DNA of 64,000 bases from Vicugna vicugna (lineage: Eukaryota). This document shows positions 38,610 through 52,119 of this stretch, one piece after another; position 1 is the stretch's first letter, and every line of letters starts with the position of its first letter. The position numbers and the translations under genes are program-made. The stretch lies in assembly GCA_013265495.1 (NCBI GenBank), contig MU058000.1, positions 2,418,001 through 2,482,000 of the forward strand, read 5' to 3'. A model generated the notes under the pieces. It had not been told where the DNA came from and searched no databases. It was given only the letters and a program-made list of their open reading frames with translations.

Positions 38610-41600
38610 TTTATATTTTTTATTAACTTATAATCATTTTACAATGTTGTGTCAAATTCCAGTGTTCAGCACAATTTTTCAGTTATACATGAACATATAT
38701 ATATTCATTGTCACATTTTTTTCTCTGTGAGCTACCATAAGGTCTTGTGTATATTTCCCTGTGCTATACAGTATAATCTTGTTTATCTATTCTACAATTT
38801 TGAAATCCCGTCTATTCCTTCCCACCCTCTGCCCCCTTGGTAACCACAAGTTTGTATTCTATGTCTATGAGCCTGTTTCTGTTTTGTATTTATGCTTTGT
38901 TTGTTTGTTTTTGTTTATTTTTTTTTTTTTTAGATTCCACATATAAGCGGTCTCATATGGTATTTTTCTTTCTCTTTCTGGCTTACTTCACTTAGAATGA
39001 CATTCTCCAGGAGCATACATGTTGCTGCAAATGGCGTTATGTTGTCAGTTTTTATGGCTGAGTAGTATTCCATTGTATAAATATACCACCTCTTCTTTAT
39101 CCAGTCATCCGTTGATGTACATTTAGGCTGTCTCCATGTCTTGGCTATTGTAAATAGTGCTGCTATGAACATTGGGGTGCAGGTGTCATCCTGAAGTAGG
39201 GTTCCTTCTGGATATATGCCCAGGAGCAAGATTCCTGGGTCATACACTAAGACCATTCCTAGTCTTTTGAGGAATCTCCATACTGTTTTCCACAGTAGCT
39301 GCACCAAACTGCATTCCCACAAGCAGTGTAGGAGGGTTCCCCTTTTCTCCACAGCCTCTCCAACATTTGTCATTTGCGGATTTTTGAATGATGGCCATTC
39401 TGACTGGTGTGAGGTGATACCTCACTGTAGTTTTGATTTGCATTTCTCTGATAATTAGTGATATGCAGCATTTTTTCATGTGCATTTTGATCATTTGTAT
39501 GTCTTCCTTGGAGAATTGCTTGTTTAGGTCTTCTGCCCTTTTTTGGATTGGGTTGTTTGGTTGTTTCTTATTAAGTCGTATGAGCTGCTTATATATTCTG
39601 GAGATCAAGCCTTTGTCAGTTTCATTTGCAAAAATTTTTTTCCATTCCATAGGTTGTCTTTTTGTTTTACTTATGGTTTCCTTTGTTGTGTAGAAGCTTG
39701 TCAGTTTCATTAGGTCCCATTTGTTTATTCTTGCTTTTAGTTCTATTGCTTGAGTAGACTGTTCTAGGAGAACATTTTTGAGATGTATGCCAGATAATGT
39801 TGCGCCTTTATTTTCTTCTGGGAGGTTTATTGTATCTTGTCTTATGTTTAAGTCTTTAATCCATTTTGAGTTGATTTTTGTGTATGGTGTAAGGGAGTGT
39901 TCTAGCTTCATTGCTTTACATGCTGCTGTCCAGTTTTCCCAACACCATTTGCTGAAGAGACTGTCTTTATTCCATTGTATATTCTTGCCTCCTTTGTCAA
40001 AGATGAGTTGACCAAAAGTTTGTCGGTTCATTTCTGGGCTCTCTATTCTGTTCCATTGGTCTATATGTCTGTTTTTGTACCAATACCATGCTGTCTTGAT
40101 GACTGTAGCTCTATAGTATTGTCTGAAGTCTGGGAGAGTTATTCCTCCAGCCTCTTTCTTTCTCTTCAGTAATGCTTTGGCAATTCTAGGTCTTTGATGG
40201 TTCCATGTAAATTTGATTATGATTTGTTCTAGTTCTGTGAAATATGTCCTGGGTAATTGGATAGGGATTGCATTAAATCTGTAGATTGCCTTGGGCAGTG
40301 TGACCATTTTAACAATATTGATTCTTCCAATCCAAGAGCATGGAATATCTTTCCATTTTTTAAAGTCTTCTTTAATTTCCTTCATCAATGGTTTATAGTT
40401 TTCTGTGTATAATTCTTTCACCTCCTTGGTTAGATTTATTCCCAGATATTTTATTACTTTGGGTGCTATTTTAAAGGGGATTGTTTCTTTACTTTCTTTT
40501 TCTGTTGATTTATCGTTAGTGTAAAGAAATGCAACTGATTTTTGAACATTAATTTTGTAACCTGCTACCTTGCTGAATTCTTCAATCAGCTCTAGTAGCT
40601 TTTGTGTGGACCTTTTAGGGTTTTCTATATATAGTAACATGTCATCAGCATATAATGACACTTTTACCTCTTCTTTTCCAATTTGGATCCCTTTTATTTC
40701 TTTCTCTTGCCTGATTGCTGTGGCTAGGACTTCCAGGACTATGTTGAATAGGAGTGGTGATAGTGGGCATCCTTGTCTTGTCCCAGATTTTAGTGGGAAG
40801 CTTTTGAGTTTTTCACCGTTGAGAACTATGCTGGCTGTAGGTTTGTCATATATAGCTTTTATTATGTTGAGATATGTTCCCTCTATACCCACTTTGGCGA
40901 GAGTTTTTATCATAAATGGGTGTTGAATTTTATCAAATGCTTTTTCTGCATCGATTGAGATGATCATGTGGTTTTTGTCCTTTCTCTTGTTGATGTGATG
41001 TATTACATTGATTGATTTGCGTATGTTGAACCAGCCTTGTGTCCCTGGGATGAACCCCACTTGGTCATGATGTATAATCTTTTTTATGTGTTGTTGGATT
41101 CTATTTGCTAAAATTTTGGTGAGGATTTTGGCGTCTATGTTCATCAGTGATATTGGCCTATAATTCTCTTTTTTTGTAGTGTCTTTGCCTGGTTTTGGTA
41201 TCAGGGTGATGGTGGCTTCATAGAATGAGTTTGGGAGTATTCCCTCCTTTTCAATCGTCTGGAAGAGTTTGAGAAGGACTGGTATGAGTTCTTCTTTGTA
41301 TGTTTGGTAGAATTCCCCGGTGAAGCCGTCCGGTCCTGGACTTTTATTTGTAGGGAGGTTTTTAATTGCTATTTCTATTTCCTTTCTAGTGATCGGATTG
41401 TTCAAGTGTTCAGTTTCTTCTTGATTCAGTTTTGGTGGACAGTATGTTTCCAGAAACTTGTCCATCTCCTCTAGGTTATCCAGTTTGGTTCCATATAGTT
41501 TTTCATAATATTCTCGTATGATATTCTGTATTTCTATTTTGTTTGTTGTAATTTCTCCATTTTCCTTTCTTATTTTGCTAATTTGTGCTCTCTCTTTTTT

Positions 41601-41871
41601 CTTCTTTGTGAGTTTGGCCAGAGGTTTGTCGATTTTATTTACTTTTTCAAAAAACCAGCTTTTGGTTTGGTTGATTTTTTCTATGGTCTTGTTAATCTCT
41701 ATTGTATTTAATTCCTCTCTGATCTTTATTATTTCCTTCCTTCTGCTGCTTTTTGGGGCTTTTTGTTCTTCTTTTTCTAATTGATTCAGGTGGTGGGTTA
41801 ACTTGTTTATTTGAGATTGTTCTTCTTTTTTGAGGAAGGCCTATATCGCTGCAAACTTCCCTCTTAGTACT
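38610..41871 (-). mobile_element. Young LINE-1, 5'-truncated (~3.26 kb): ORF2 from downstream of the endonuclease domain through the 3'UTR to a short A-rich tail
   Basis: Minus-strand translation gives classic ORF2p motifs ([33 protein letters not shown]). The 3'UTR (38610-38929) has the G-rich tract and an AATAAA-like end. L1 similarity stops abruptly at ...cttagtactg (41871). Confidence 0.97.
38930..41870 (-). pseudogene. L1 ORF2p remnant (reverse transcriptase plus C-terminal Cys-rich region); no EN domain, one nonsense codon, one frameshift
   Basis: The 741-aa ORF at 39240-41465 extends upstream in frame (…[11 protein letters not shown]…IREYYEKLY) to a TAG near 41841. An extra G at ~39340 (GEKG|TLLHC) moves the C-terminus into ORF 38930-39373, which ends …YHMRPLICGI*. 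Confidence 0.93.
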
Positions 41872-42664
41872 GAATGTGACTTTTCTAAAAGAGGAACTAG
41901 GGATTTCCTTCTTCCCTGACAGTATGGTTTTTAATTGTCCTTGAAGATATTTTATTTTATACATTCACATTGCATTTCTCAGATTGCTGTATCCAAGTTT
42001 AGCATATGACAATGTTTTTTGACTTGTCATGGATGATTTCCTGAAAAGTTCCTTTTTACCAAATTCTCTGGGAGTGAACACATCTTTCAGTTCCTGTAAC
42101 AGATAAACTTCTATTGACCCTCCTGAAATTGCGAGATCTCAATTCCAGATTGCTTATATCCCAATGGACCCACAATCATGTTTTTTGTTTGTTTGTTTAT
42201 TTGTTTTTTATCATAATGTTGTTTGAAATCTAGTTCCAATCCTTAAGGTCTCTAACCAGGATGCAAATTCCTACAAACACCATTAGCTTGAATTTACTAT
42301 CCTGACTTTAATATCTTTGTTTCTAACACTTGGATAATTACTTTTCTTTCAAACTTTAATACTCTTGTTATTTGCTGCTACGTTTTATTGAGCATTTCTG
42401 TGTGTTTGTAACAGCTTAATTCACACATTTTTCTGAAGTAGTTACAAATTTCTTTATTACTCATTCCTCACATCCAGTTCCAAATTCCGTATGCATCTTA
42501 AATCCATTCACATTTCTCCACATGAATACAGATCATAAAATCTAATTCAGCAGTACCTCCTGCTTGGCCAAACATAATAGTAATCTATCTGGAGCATAAG
42601 AACTGGATTTGGTTTCTTCCTACCCAGAATTAGCCAATCTGCAAAGTTTAGAGCCAACCATCAA

Positions 42665-43221
42665 GTTTATAGGTCACACAATTCCTCAGAAGGCCACTTT
42701 CCTTTTTAATATCAATTGCCAGTTGGAGGAATTCCTCCAGATTATTCTCAGAGTCTATAATTTGCTAGAAGAATTCACAAAAATCAGTGAAATCTATTAT
42801 ATTCATGGTTATGGTTTATTACAAGGAATGGATAAAAATGAATGTCAGCCAGATAAAGAAATGCACAGGACAAAGGCTTAGAGGGTTTCAAATAGAAAGC
42901 TTCGGTTCCTCGGAACATAGTACCTTCTTGATGTCAATGTGTGACATACCCATGGAGTATTGTTGACAAGGTCAAGCTTTCAAGAGCCTTGATGTTTAGT
43001 TTTTCTATTGGATTTCCATTATGTATGCATGATTGACTTGTTGATCTCAGCTTCCAGGTTAACTGATATCTTGTGACCAAAAGCCCCAATCTTAGATCAA
43101 TTGTGGCCAGGCCCTGACCCAAACAAAGATAATTCTATCATAAATAACACAGATTACTTCCAAAAAGCCAAGGGCAATGGCCTGACATCTCTTTGGGTAA
43201 GGCCAACTTCATGATGACACA
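42665..43221 (-). mobile_element. MER21-like ERVL LTR
   Basis: Diagnostic text ataatttgctagaagaattcaca…tattcatggttatggtttattac and ccaagggcaatggcctgacatctctttgggtaagg. Confidence 0.7.
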
Positions 43222-46009
43222 CCTCTGAATTCTTTCTCTAAACTGGTTTCGGAGTGAAATGTTTAAATACTTTTGTAGCTTCTAATTACTGACAATTTCT
43301 TATTTCAGTTTTAACTTCTTTGAATTAATAGTCATAATTGTTTCCGTTCTGTTTATAACAATCCCAATATATCCAGGCAGATGGGCTGTTTCTGTTCATG
43401 TTTTAATCTGTTGATTCTCATTCATTGTGTCTTATATTCAACTCCCTTTCTTTCCTACTTTTTAATAGAAAAGTTAATCATAAATACAAAGCCTAGGAAA
43501 AAGATATATCCAATGAGAAGATTTTTGTTTAGTTCCTCTGAGAAATTTAAATACAGCCAGTGGAAGACTTTCTTAATGTAATTACAACCAAGATTATGAG
43601 AAGCCAAGCTTCAAGTTTACTGAAGGGCTATTTTGTCTCCCTTTGTCTCTTATCATTTGGGTTTTGGCCTTGGATTAACAGCTTGACTGGAAGTTGTTTA
43701 ATGCACACTTGACTTTGATTTGTCTCCTTGTTCTGTGCTTCCTTCAAAGCCAATTTAGTTCTGAAGCTTTCTTCTTCTTAGCAAGTGACTTCAGGGCAAA
43801 AGAAGTCCTGAGAATTAGTGGTATTTTCCTGAGTTCTAGCCTGAGCTGCTAGATTTGTCCTCGCTATGCCTCAGTAACTTGTTAAATATTTTTGTGCTTT
43901 TTAAAATGATTGTAAACATATTTTGTTCAGATGCTTTAGCTGGCTTCAGAAAGACTATTTGTTCTGAATTACCTATTTTACAATTATCATTTACCATTGT
44001 TTTTCTGACATTTTTTTCATGATTTTATTACCTCTTCCACTATAATCAACCTTATCTCGGATGTACTACATATTTTAAAGAAGATAGCAATGAAGAGGGC
44101 ATTTATTTATCATACTGAAATGTTTATGTTGTAGGGTAAATGGAAATTATTGACAGGCTCTCAGGAGAAGATCAAGGCATAAGAGTCAAAACTTGAAAAT
44201 TTTGCCAGTTTTCTTCTTGTGGAGATGATCCTTCCATTGGATGCCACGGTGAGTCACGACTTTTAGTGTGGTAAAAAAAGACAATGTTAAGTCATCGGAA
44301 ACTCCACCACATTCTTTTTCTACTGATATCCAGGAGTCACAATTAATTTCTGTCTTTTCCATATCCCAACCTATAATCTTAAAATTTTTAGGGGAAGGCC
44401 TGAAAGGTTATTTCTTCTGACAAAAACATTTAAAAACGTATAGCAAACCTAATAAATGTTGATGTTAGAAACGTGAATCACAAGATTATGTGTTTTTGAA
44501 ATACTTTTACCTATTAAAACGTGCTGACTCTGAGTTTTGAGTACACTGTAGATTATGAATATATACAAAGAAATTAATGTAAATATAAAGTGATTGGAAA
44601 TAGAACCCATATTTCCCAAAGCCTAGGTTCATTGTACAGTTGTACAATTGTACAAAGGTATGCTTGCATTCATTTATGTCTAAATTCCCACAATAATATT
44701 GATTCCATTAGGAAGCAGTTATGGTGGCAATATAAAATTGATTTAGTTTAATATTACCAATATGATGTAATTTCATACTTAGAATTGGAAAAGTTGAAGG
44801 GAGCAGAGGAGTATCACTAAAGACAGAATCTGATATTTTACAAGTTTGTAATAAATTTCCAGTCCCTGATTTTAAAATTTTCAAAAGCTAAGGGTGATCT
44901 GGGACTTTAATATAGATGTAATCTGTCAACCCTTCAATCATCCCTCATACCCACAAGCTTTTCTTCAGAATTTCAAGACCTTTTCTGATTAACCTGCTGA
45001 GTGGAGAGCTAAAGTTCAAGCAGTCTACATTTTGAGGTTATTTGCTCTTGAAGACACCCTTAGCAAACTGTTCTTGTGATAATTTCTCCATCTTGACAGA
45101 ATTTGGGGGGCCAAGACTGGTATAGTGTTTTTGAAAATCCAAGTTGTTGAATTTTTATGTACCAAAGGGAAAAGATACTTACAGTATCTTAAAAATGTGT
45201 AATCCCGAAGACCCATAGAGACAAATAAAAGGTAGAAAATGAAAAGCCTGCAGGTTATATGAACCTCCAAACTATATAGCTATCTGCCAAATCCCTAGTT
45301 GCAAGTTGGAAAAGGAGAAGAATTCTGTATCATTTCTACTTAACTTTCATAATTTACTCTGTGCAATATCAGGACTTCACAAATACAACACATTTTAACA
45401 CATTCTCTTTTTTAGTAATGCAATTCAGCTCTGGAAGAAATTTTAACACTTCAGGAGAACATAAAATGAGCAAAGTGACAAAATATATATTGCTTTATCT
45501 TTCACCTTCTCTCACCTCATGCAACTTATGCCTTAGTAATAGTTCTGTTTCCTCATGCTACACAGATTTGAAATTGCATGAAAGGTTTAGTTCATTTGGA
45601 TGTTATTTTTAACATGAAAGCATACCAGAGAGTGGATAAGGCTTTAATGTAAAGGTTGTGACACTGACTGTGTTGAATGGGCACTTGAAAACAAAGGATG
45701 TGAAATCTAAGGCAGGCGTTCAATATGAAAAGAGGACAGTAAAGAACAGTATGGGTAGATACCAGGAGATCTGACAGAAAAAGAAGAGCAAGAAGGAGAA
45801 AACAAAACTTACCTGCTTCTTCCCTCTTTCTTGACCTGCCATAGGTCTCTTAGAAACTGTCGGTAAATGATTTGACTTTCCTATGATTCACTCAAACCTA
45901 AAGAGTCAATCAGTCAATCATCGTTCTAGAGTTACTTATGGGTCCTAGAAACTTTAGCAACCTTTCTACGTCTAAGTATTCTTTACTCTTCCTTCAAAAT
46001 AGAGTGCCG

Positions 46010-46190
46010 CCTATCTGTATAATTTCTGAGAAAATTGTTTAACATCCCTAAACCTTAGCTATAAAGTGGGCTTAATAATATTATATATCCCAAAGAGTTA
46101 TTATAAAGATTAAATGAGATAATTTAAAGTACCTGAACATGGCTATAGTAAGAGCTTGATAAATGTTAGCCATCATTATCATTACTTTTA
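46010..46190 (+). mobile_element. MIR SINE fragment
   Basis: agattaaatgagataat…agtaagagcttgataaatgttagc. Confidence 0.6.
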
Positions 46191-48814
46191 CTTTCATCAA
46201 CATTGTGTTTGCCAAAAGGTTAAATATAATATGACCATGTATTTAAATGTTTGAGTAAAAAATAAGATATCAATATGTCTATGTAGATATAGTCTAAATG
46301 CCATCTTAATACAGTGTGAATGACTTTTTAGTTGGGATGAGTGAGAAATTTGGAAGGAGAAGAACTTAGTTAAGGGTTACAAGGGATGATGAAAAGGAAA
46401 GAGTATAAATGAAGGCATTAAAGATATAATTTTCCTATTTTATAACTGAGCTCCACTTGGTCTTGCCACCCACAGAAAGACTCTGGAATGTTCTATTAGC
46501 TGTCACTCTAGCAAAATGTTAAATGGAAGTAGTTCAAGGCAAGGAAAATGAAGACAAATTTTTCAAAGCTTTCAGAATTCAATATTCGTATCCAAACTTT
46601 TCAAAAGCTTTAGTTATAAAGTCTGTGTTGGTTGTCACATTCCAGTTTCTTTCATAGGGGTGCCTGAAAGAACAATAGAGAACTGTGAAAATCACAATAT
46701 TTTGAAAAGGAAATGGATTGAATGAATAAAAAAAAAACATATTTGGGAGGCAAAGTATTGGTAATACAGAACAATTACAATGAAATGTGTTATTAATTTC
46801 AAAATAGTTTCTTAAGGGGAAAAAAATCTCCCTTGGAGATATGGGAAGCTACTTTGAAAAGCTTGGTTCTAAAAATAAAGAAAAATAAGTGACTATCTGA
46901 GCAAAAAAATCTTTAACATTCTGTCACATAATGAGAAGAATTGACTGAGTAATATACAACCAATTAAGGAGATACAAGAAATGAAAAATTCATTGACATA
47001 TACGAGATGACAATCATAAAGTTATCCCATCACAAATTTAGGGTAGTTATATGCAAGAATAATTGGTAATCTATAAGACTGGTTGGGATTTATCATCTGT
47101 CAGTCAGAATACTGACATGAAGTTCTTAAGAAAACTTAATAAAAACTTGAGGGGGAAAAGGAGTATTGAATTTTCTGACAAATAAGTGATGATTTATATT
47201 GTTTTAAGACTCTCCAGTTCAGTATAAAATGATTGTGCTCAAGAAATATAAGAAGGAAGACTTGAAAAATTCAAGTATTATCTATATTATATAGAATATT
47301 CAAAGTTTTTATGTTGAATTTTTTTAAATGAGAGACTCCTCCACTTTCCTCTTTATTTGCTCATTGTAAAAACAAATTCTCTACACCTTTGAACACCTAT
47401 ATCATGGCTTAGCTCTTTATACCAGTCAACCTTTAAAAGTGTGTGTGCTATCACTTCTAAAATCAGTATTAATGCCCAACCTAGAGGATTGTAATGGGAA
47501 TTAAATGTCATAATGTGTTTTAAAAGACTTCTTAAATAGTACATTTTTTTCCAGCACTTATTTCCCAATCTTTTCTTTTAGAACTCTTATAGAATTATGT
47601 ACAGAATAATTTTATTTTCATATTATTTTATAAGTGCAAGTTGCTTGAGAAATCATATGTCATCTAGGGTTCGATTTTTGTCTTTTAACACCTATGACAA
47701 AGGGAAGCCTCCTTAGCTTGTTGTTACATTGATTTTGTGAAGGAATTCTGGTGTTGTTTTTACTCATAGTGTCCATTCAGCAGATTATCGAAAATTTTAT
47801 CGAGTGCTGTTGGGAACAAAGAATATAAAGAACTTGGAAATAAGACTAAAAGTTAGATGGTGAATCTTTTCAAGGTCCTAAGGGGCCAAACTTGTGTAAG
47901 GTTGACTAAGAGGATACCTGTTGCCCTAATTACTCTTTATTATTGATTAAAACTATGAGACTTAGTAAAATTCCACTTTAACTTGTAGATTTTTAGCTAT
48001 AATGATGCTGGTATTTTTTTGTCCATTAGAAAAGACAACTACAAAGTTTAAACTTGATTGCCTTGTTAAGACAGCCAGTTTTGTAAGATAATCAGTATCC
48101 TGGTTTTGTAACTCACACGACTGTATTCTGATGTTAATTCATGAATTGCCTACAACTGTATAGATCTTTAAACACTCTTTGAATCAGCCTTAATGTTTTA
48201 TATTTAACTTATTAAATAACAGACCTATATTCTCTTCATTTGTAAGAGAGGCATCTGTGTTTAATGTTTTGAAGATTATATTTTAACACTGGGCTGTGGG
48301 CCAAATGTTGGACTAGGTGCAGCTTTTCAGGTTTCTTTTGTCCTTTTGCCCAGGGCTACAGGTGGCAATAGAAAATATTCTAAATTCCAAGGCAGAAAAA
48401 TATATTTCTTTGCTCAAAGAGGGTGGAAATGATAAAACTTGAATGAAGAAAACATAATTTTGGTTAAATAAATTGTAAGGACTGTTAAAAGCAATTTGTA
48501 AGGCTGCTGAAATTTTAGTAGAAACATTGAAACAGGACCTAATAGATTATGGAAAAGGAACTTGGTAAAAATATTTATGTGTGCACCAAGGTGTCTCATT
48601 TAGTTAATATCAGAAAGCGACAAATTAGTTTTGCCCAAAGGAATTCTGTATGCTACTTTAAGTGTGAAACAACAAAACAAAACAAAACTGCACAAACACT
48701 TAAAAGTTTTGTTTGCATTTTACTTTTCTTAAATAAAAAACGAATTCAAAAGAGGCTGGAAGATCTCCTCAGATCCAACACGTACTTCCTTACTCGCTTG
48801 TATCAGTAAGTCGT

Positions 48815-49241
48815 GATTACGGTAGTCTGGGTTCCACAAATTGAAAGACCAGGTCCTCTTTTCTAAGCCATGCTGCTTTCCTGGGGTGGGGCTGTGAGGA
48901 ACTTACGTAGTAGAGAATAACCTTTGTTTTCTTGGAGGTTTACAGGGACACCATGACCTGGCCCATGGGGACGGCTGCAAGAACACAGAATGCCTGCAGC
49001 AAGAAGATTGCAACAATCAACCACACCCCCTCTCTTATTTTTCCTCCCACTCCCTTAATTTTTTTTTTTAAAAAGGAGTCTCTATTCTGACTAGAGCCTG
49101 ATGGTTCTCCAAGACCTTAGTCTGCCATCCTCTCGGTCTGCCAGCTTTCCGAATGAAGTCGCTATCCCTTGCCCCAGCACCTCGGCTCCCAACTTATTGG
49201 CCTGTGGTGTGGCGAGCAGAATGAGTTTGGACTTGGCAATA
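48815..49241 (+). mobile_element. ERV1-like (MER41-type U5) solo LTR; 5' boundary uncertain
   Basis: 3' part ctttccgaatgaagtcgct…ttattggcctgtggtgtggcgagcag…ggacttggcaata resembles the R/U5 end of the MER41-type group. Confidence 0.65.
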
Positions 49242-49945
49242 CCTATATTAGCATGCCCGTTGAATGCAGAAGGCTGAGTAGAAGAGCAACTGTAGCAAAC
49301 ATTTTGATTTTAATCGTCTCCCTAATTTAGGGTTCTGGTTGAGATGAAAAGGAGAGAGAAAATGTGCATAGTCATACAGAAAGAAGCAGTTCCAACATCC
49401 TCGGCTAATGTATTCCTCTTTTTAATAGATTGCATTCATTAATTATAAATGGACCCATAACCTAAAGCAACCTGAGCATCTGGAGAAAAGTCTTGGCAAT
49501 AGAAGCACATTGTGCCCCCACACAGGAAACAGTAAGCACAGTTTTCTGAAAAAAGAATTCTTTACTTCAGAACAGTGAGTTATTCTCTGGGAGTCAGTGA
49601 AATGAATGGAACATGTTGCAAGCCAGTATCACTCAATGTGAAAAACTATGACTAAAATCATACTAGAAGCAAAACCATGAAGCTTTTCAGCATTTCTACA
49701 AATATTCTCTTTTAATATTATTTACACAAGTAGCGAGGAAAGCTTAACTAATTAAAGTGTATGCCATTGCTTCTGTCCCAGGTTCTCTCTCTAGTTTCTA
49801 ATATTATTTTTTAAAAATGTGTATGTACAGATTAAATATCAAGCCTTTTCTCTGATTTTAAAGGGGATAAAAGAATCTGGTAATAACCCATTTGCATGGA
49901 TTAAAGCATAGCAGAATTTATTTTATGTATAAAATATTATGCCAC

Positions 49946-50529
49946 TGAAGGAGGATTAATTAAACGGCTGCACCTAGGCTAACAGATTGCTTATTCTTAT
50001 GCTTGCCCTTAAAAGGGTCAACTGACCTGACTGACCTGTTGCTACTCACAGTTCCAGGCCCATTGTTAAAACTAAAGCTATTGATCTGACTGATTCAACT
50101 TTATTCCAGTAATTGAAAGTAATAATCAAGCTTGATCTCTGAGTCCTTCTCCAAGGAGAAGTTCACAGGACTGTAACCTTACAAAATAGCCTGAATTACC
50201 AAGGAGACCACACCTTGAGTGCTACTGAGATGGAGAGATCTAACTGCTCGCCTCTATAGAATTGGCCGCCTGGAGGCATCATGATGCCATTCTAAGTCTT
50301 CTGTTGAGAAAATGATTCTGATGCTTCTTATCAATGCTTTATTGTTTGAGCTATAGCTGTGTAACCACCCCACCCCATTCCCAAGGTGGGTTCACAGAGT
50401 TGAAGGCACCACCTGCTGTGAGTCCCCTTTGCCTGGCAAAGCAATAAAATTGCCTCTTTTCTTCTAAGCTCCAAGACTGCCTCTGGGTTATTTGGCTCAT
50501 CACGCATGGGGGCCGATCTTTCAGCAACA
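49946..50529 (+). mobile_element. ERV1-like solo LTR (584 bp) with perfect 4-bp TSD
   Basis: TG…CA termini (tgaagg…gcaaca), TSD ccac at 49942-49945 and 50530-50533, AATAAA at ~50443. Confidence 0.85.
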
Positions 50530-50687
50530 CCACCTTGAATTAGTTTTCACGAGAATTACTTTTCACATTTATTTCCACCTTTAAAAAAGAAAACATTTAT
50601 AATTTACCTGTATTTTTTTAAACCAGAGAATTCTAGTACTAAACAGAAGCCATTCTCTCTGGTTAATATCAGTATTTTGCCTCCTAA

Positions 50688-51341
50688 TGAGACAGGAAGG
50701 GGGCAGGGCAGCCATTCAAGGAATAACATGACAATTAACATCAGAATGGCAAAAGATTCAACATCCCTCAGTAGTTCTTGAGGCACAAGATGGTGGGAGA
50801 TTTGAATTCCAGTAGACCTCGAGCTTCGTTATAAGCCCATTGTAATATATTAACGTGGTGAATAATATGCCCACAGGCACCATGGCTGTCCCAAGGCTAG
50901 CCACAAAAGGTCAAAGAGTGGGAAATGGCCAACTTCCTGGGAGTCCCAGCCCCTTCCCCAGACTAGTTAGATCGGTCCTTCCACTTATTAGCATATGAAG
51001 CCACTGAGCCCATAAAAACTGGCAACACAGCACCTCATGGCCGCCAACCTCTTTTTCAATCCCTCCTCCTTGGAGAAAGCCCGCACTCTGTCTATGGAGT
51101 GTGTACCTACTTTTACCTGAGCACCCAATTCCCACACCTCTTTCCTTGCCTTTCTTTTGCCTTACACTCTATGCAGTATGTATCTCTCTAAGTAAGTCTA
51201 CCTTTACTCAACTGTGGCTCGCTCTTGAATTCTTTCCTGCATGAAGCCAAGGACCCAACCTTGACGGGGCACATCCCAGGGGCTCAACAGACGCCTGGGA
51301 CAAGGCCCTCCTCATGCCCCACATCCATTTTTCCTGCATCA
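50688..51341 (+). mobile_element. ERV1-like solo LTR (654 bp)
   Basis: tgagac…gcatca termini, near-perfect 4-bp TSD ctaa/ctat, TATA-like cataaaaa at ~51011, decayed poly(A) signal at ~51190. Confidence 0.8.
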
Positions 51342-52119
51342 CTATAATTAAACAAATGATTTACAGTCACATTACAAGTTTATTGAGAGTTATCTTTATT
51401 TGTAAAAGTTATTTAAAATCAAAAGTTAACTAATTTTCTGATGTGATTTAGCTATTAAACTCCCTGAAGGCAAATGACTAAAGCAGTTGATTTTTCAATG
51501 TCTCTTTCAAAGACTTGGTAATGCTATCTTTTAAGTCAGCCACTGCAACACAACACAGATGCTCATCTTTATCTTTATCAGGTTAAAACTTAGTTGGATA
51601 GCTTACAGAGGATTCAGTGTCTTCCCAGGAGGGTATCCAACAAAACACTCCCACAATATGTTACCTTGTTCACACTCCACTCAGCTCTTTTCTTCTTCCA
51701 TCTCAGTTTAAATATCTTTCTGTTTCAACTGCAAATATATAATTAGCTCTTTTAAACTGTGTTTAACATAAAAGACAGCCAATCACATCTGTAAAATTAT
51801 GGTCATAGAAAATAAATTCTTTGAGATCTCCATTGATTAGGAAATTTAATCAAAACAGTTTTATTGGATCTCTATTTTGGATCTAAGTTAAATATTATGA
51901 TTTATATCTAAAGCTATCATTTAATTTGGAGGAATAAGGAAAAGGTTATTGACTAAGGTTTCAAATAATTATTTTACTGATAAACAATAAAAAATTGTTT
52001 GTTCTGAGATGTCAGAGGAGGAAAATAAAGAGTTATGATAATTATTTAGCAATTATAAATCTACTGAGGCCAATACTACAAGTACATTAGAAAAGTAATT
52101 TGTTGGAACAATAGATAAT

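Noticed and set aside
39216..41784. Several + strand ORFs overlapping the L1 (e.g. 40570-40926, 41518-41784)
   Set aside because: They are antisense shadows of L1 ORF2 codon structure, not genes.
44632..44655. (ttgtacar)3 palindromic tandem
   Set aside because: Short slippage repeat with no functional evidence.
49946..51341. Two LTRs as the ends of one deleted provirus
   Set aside because: Their sequences are dissimilar, each has its own TSD, and there is no PBS or PPT between them.
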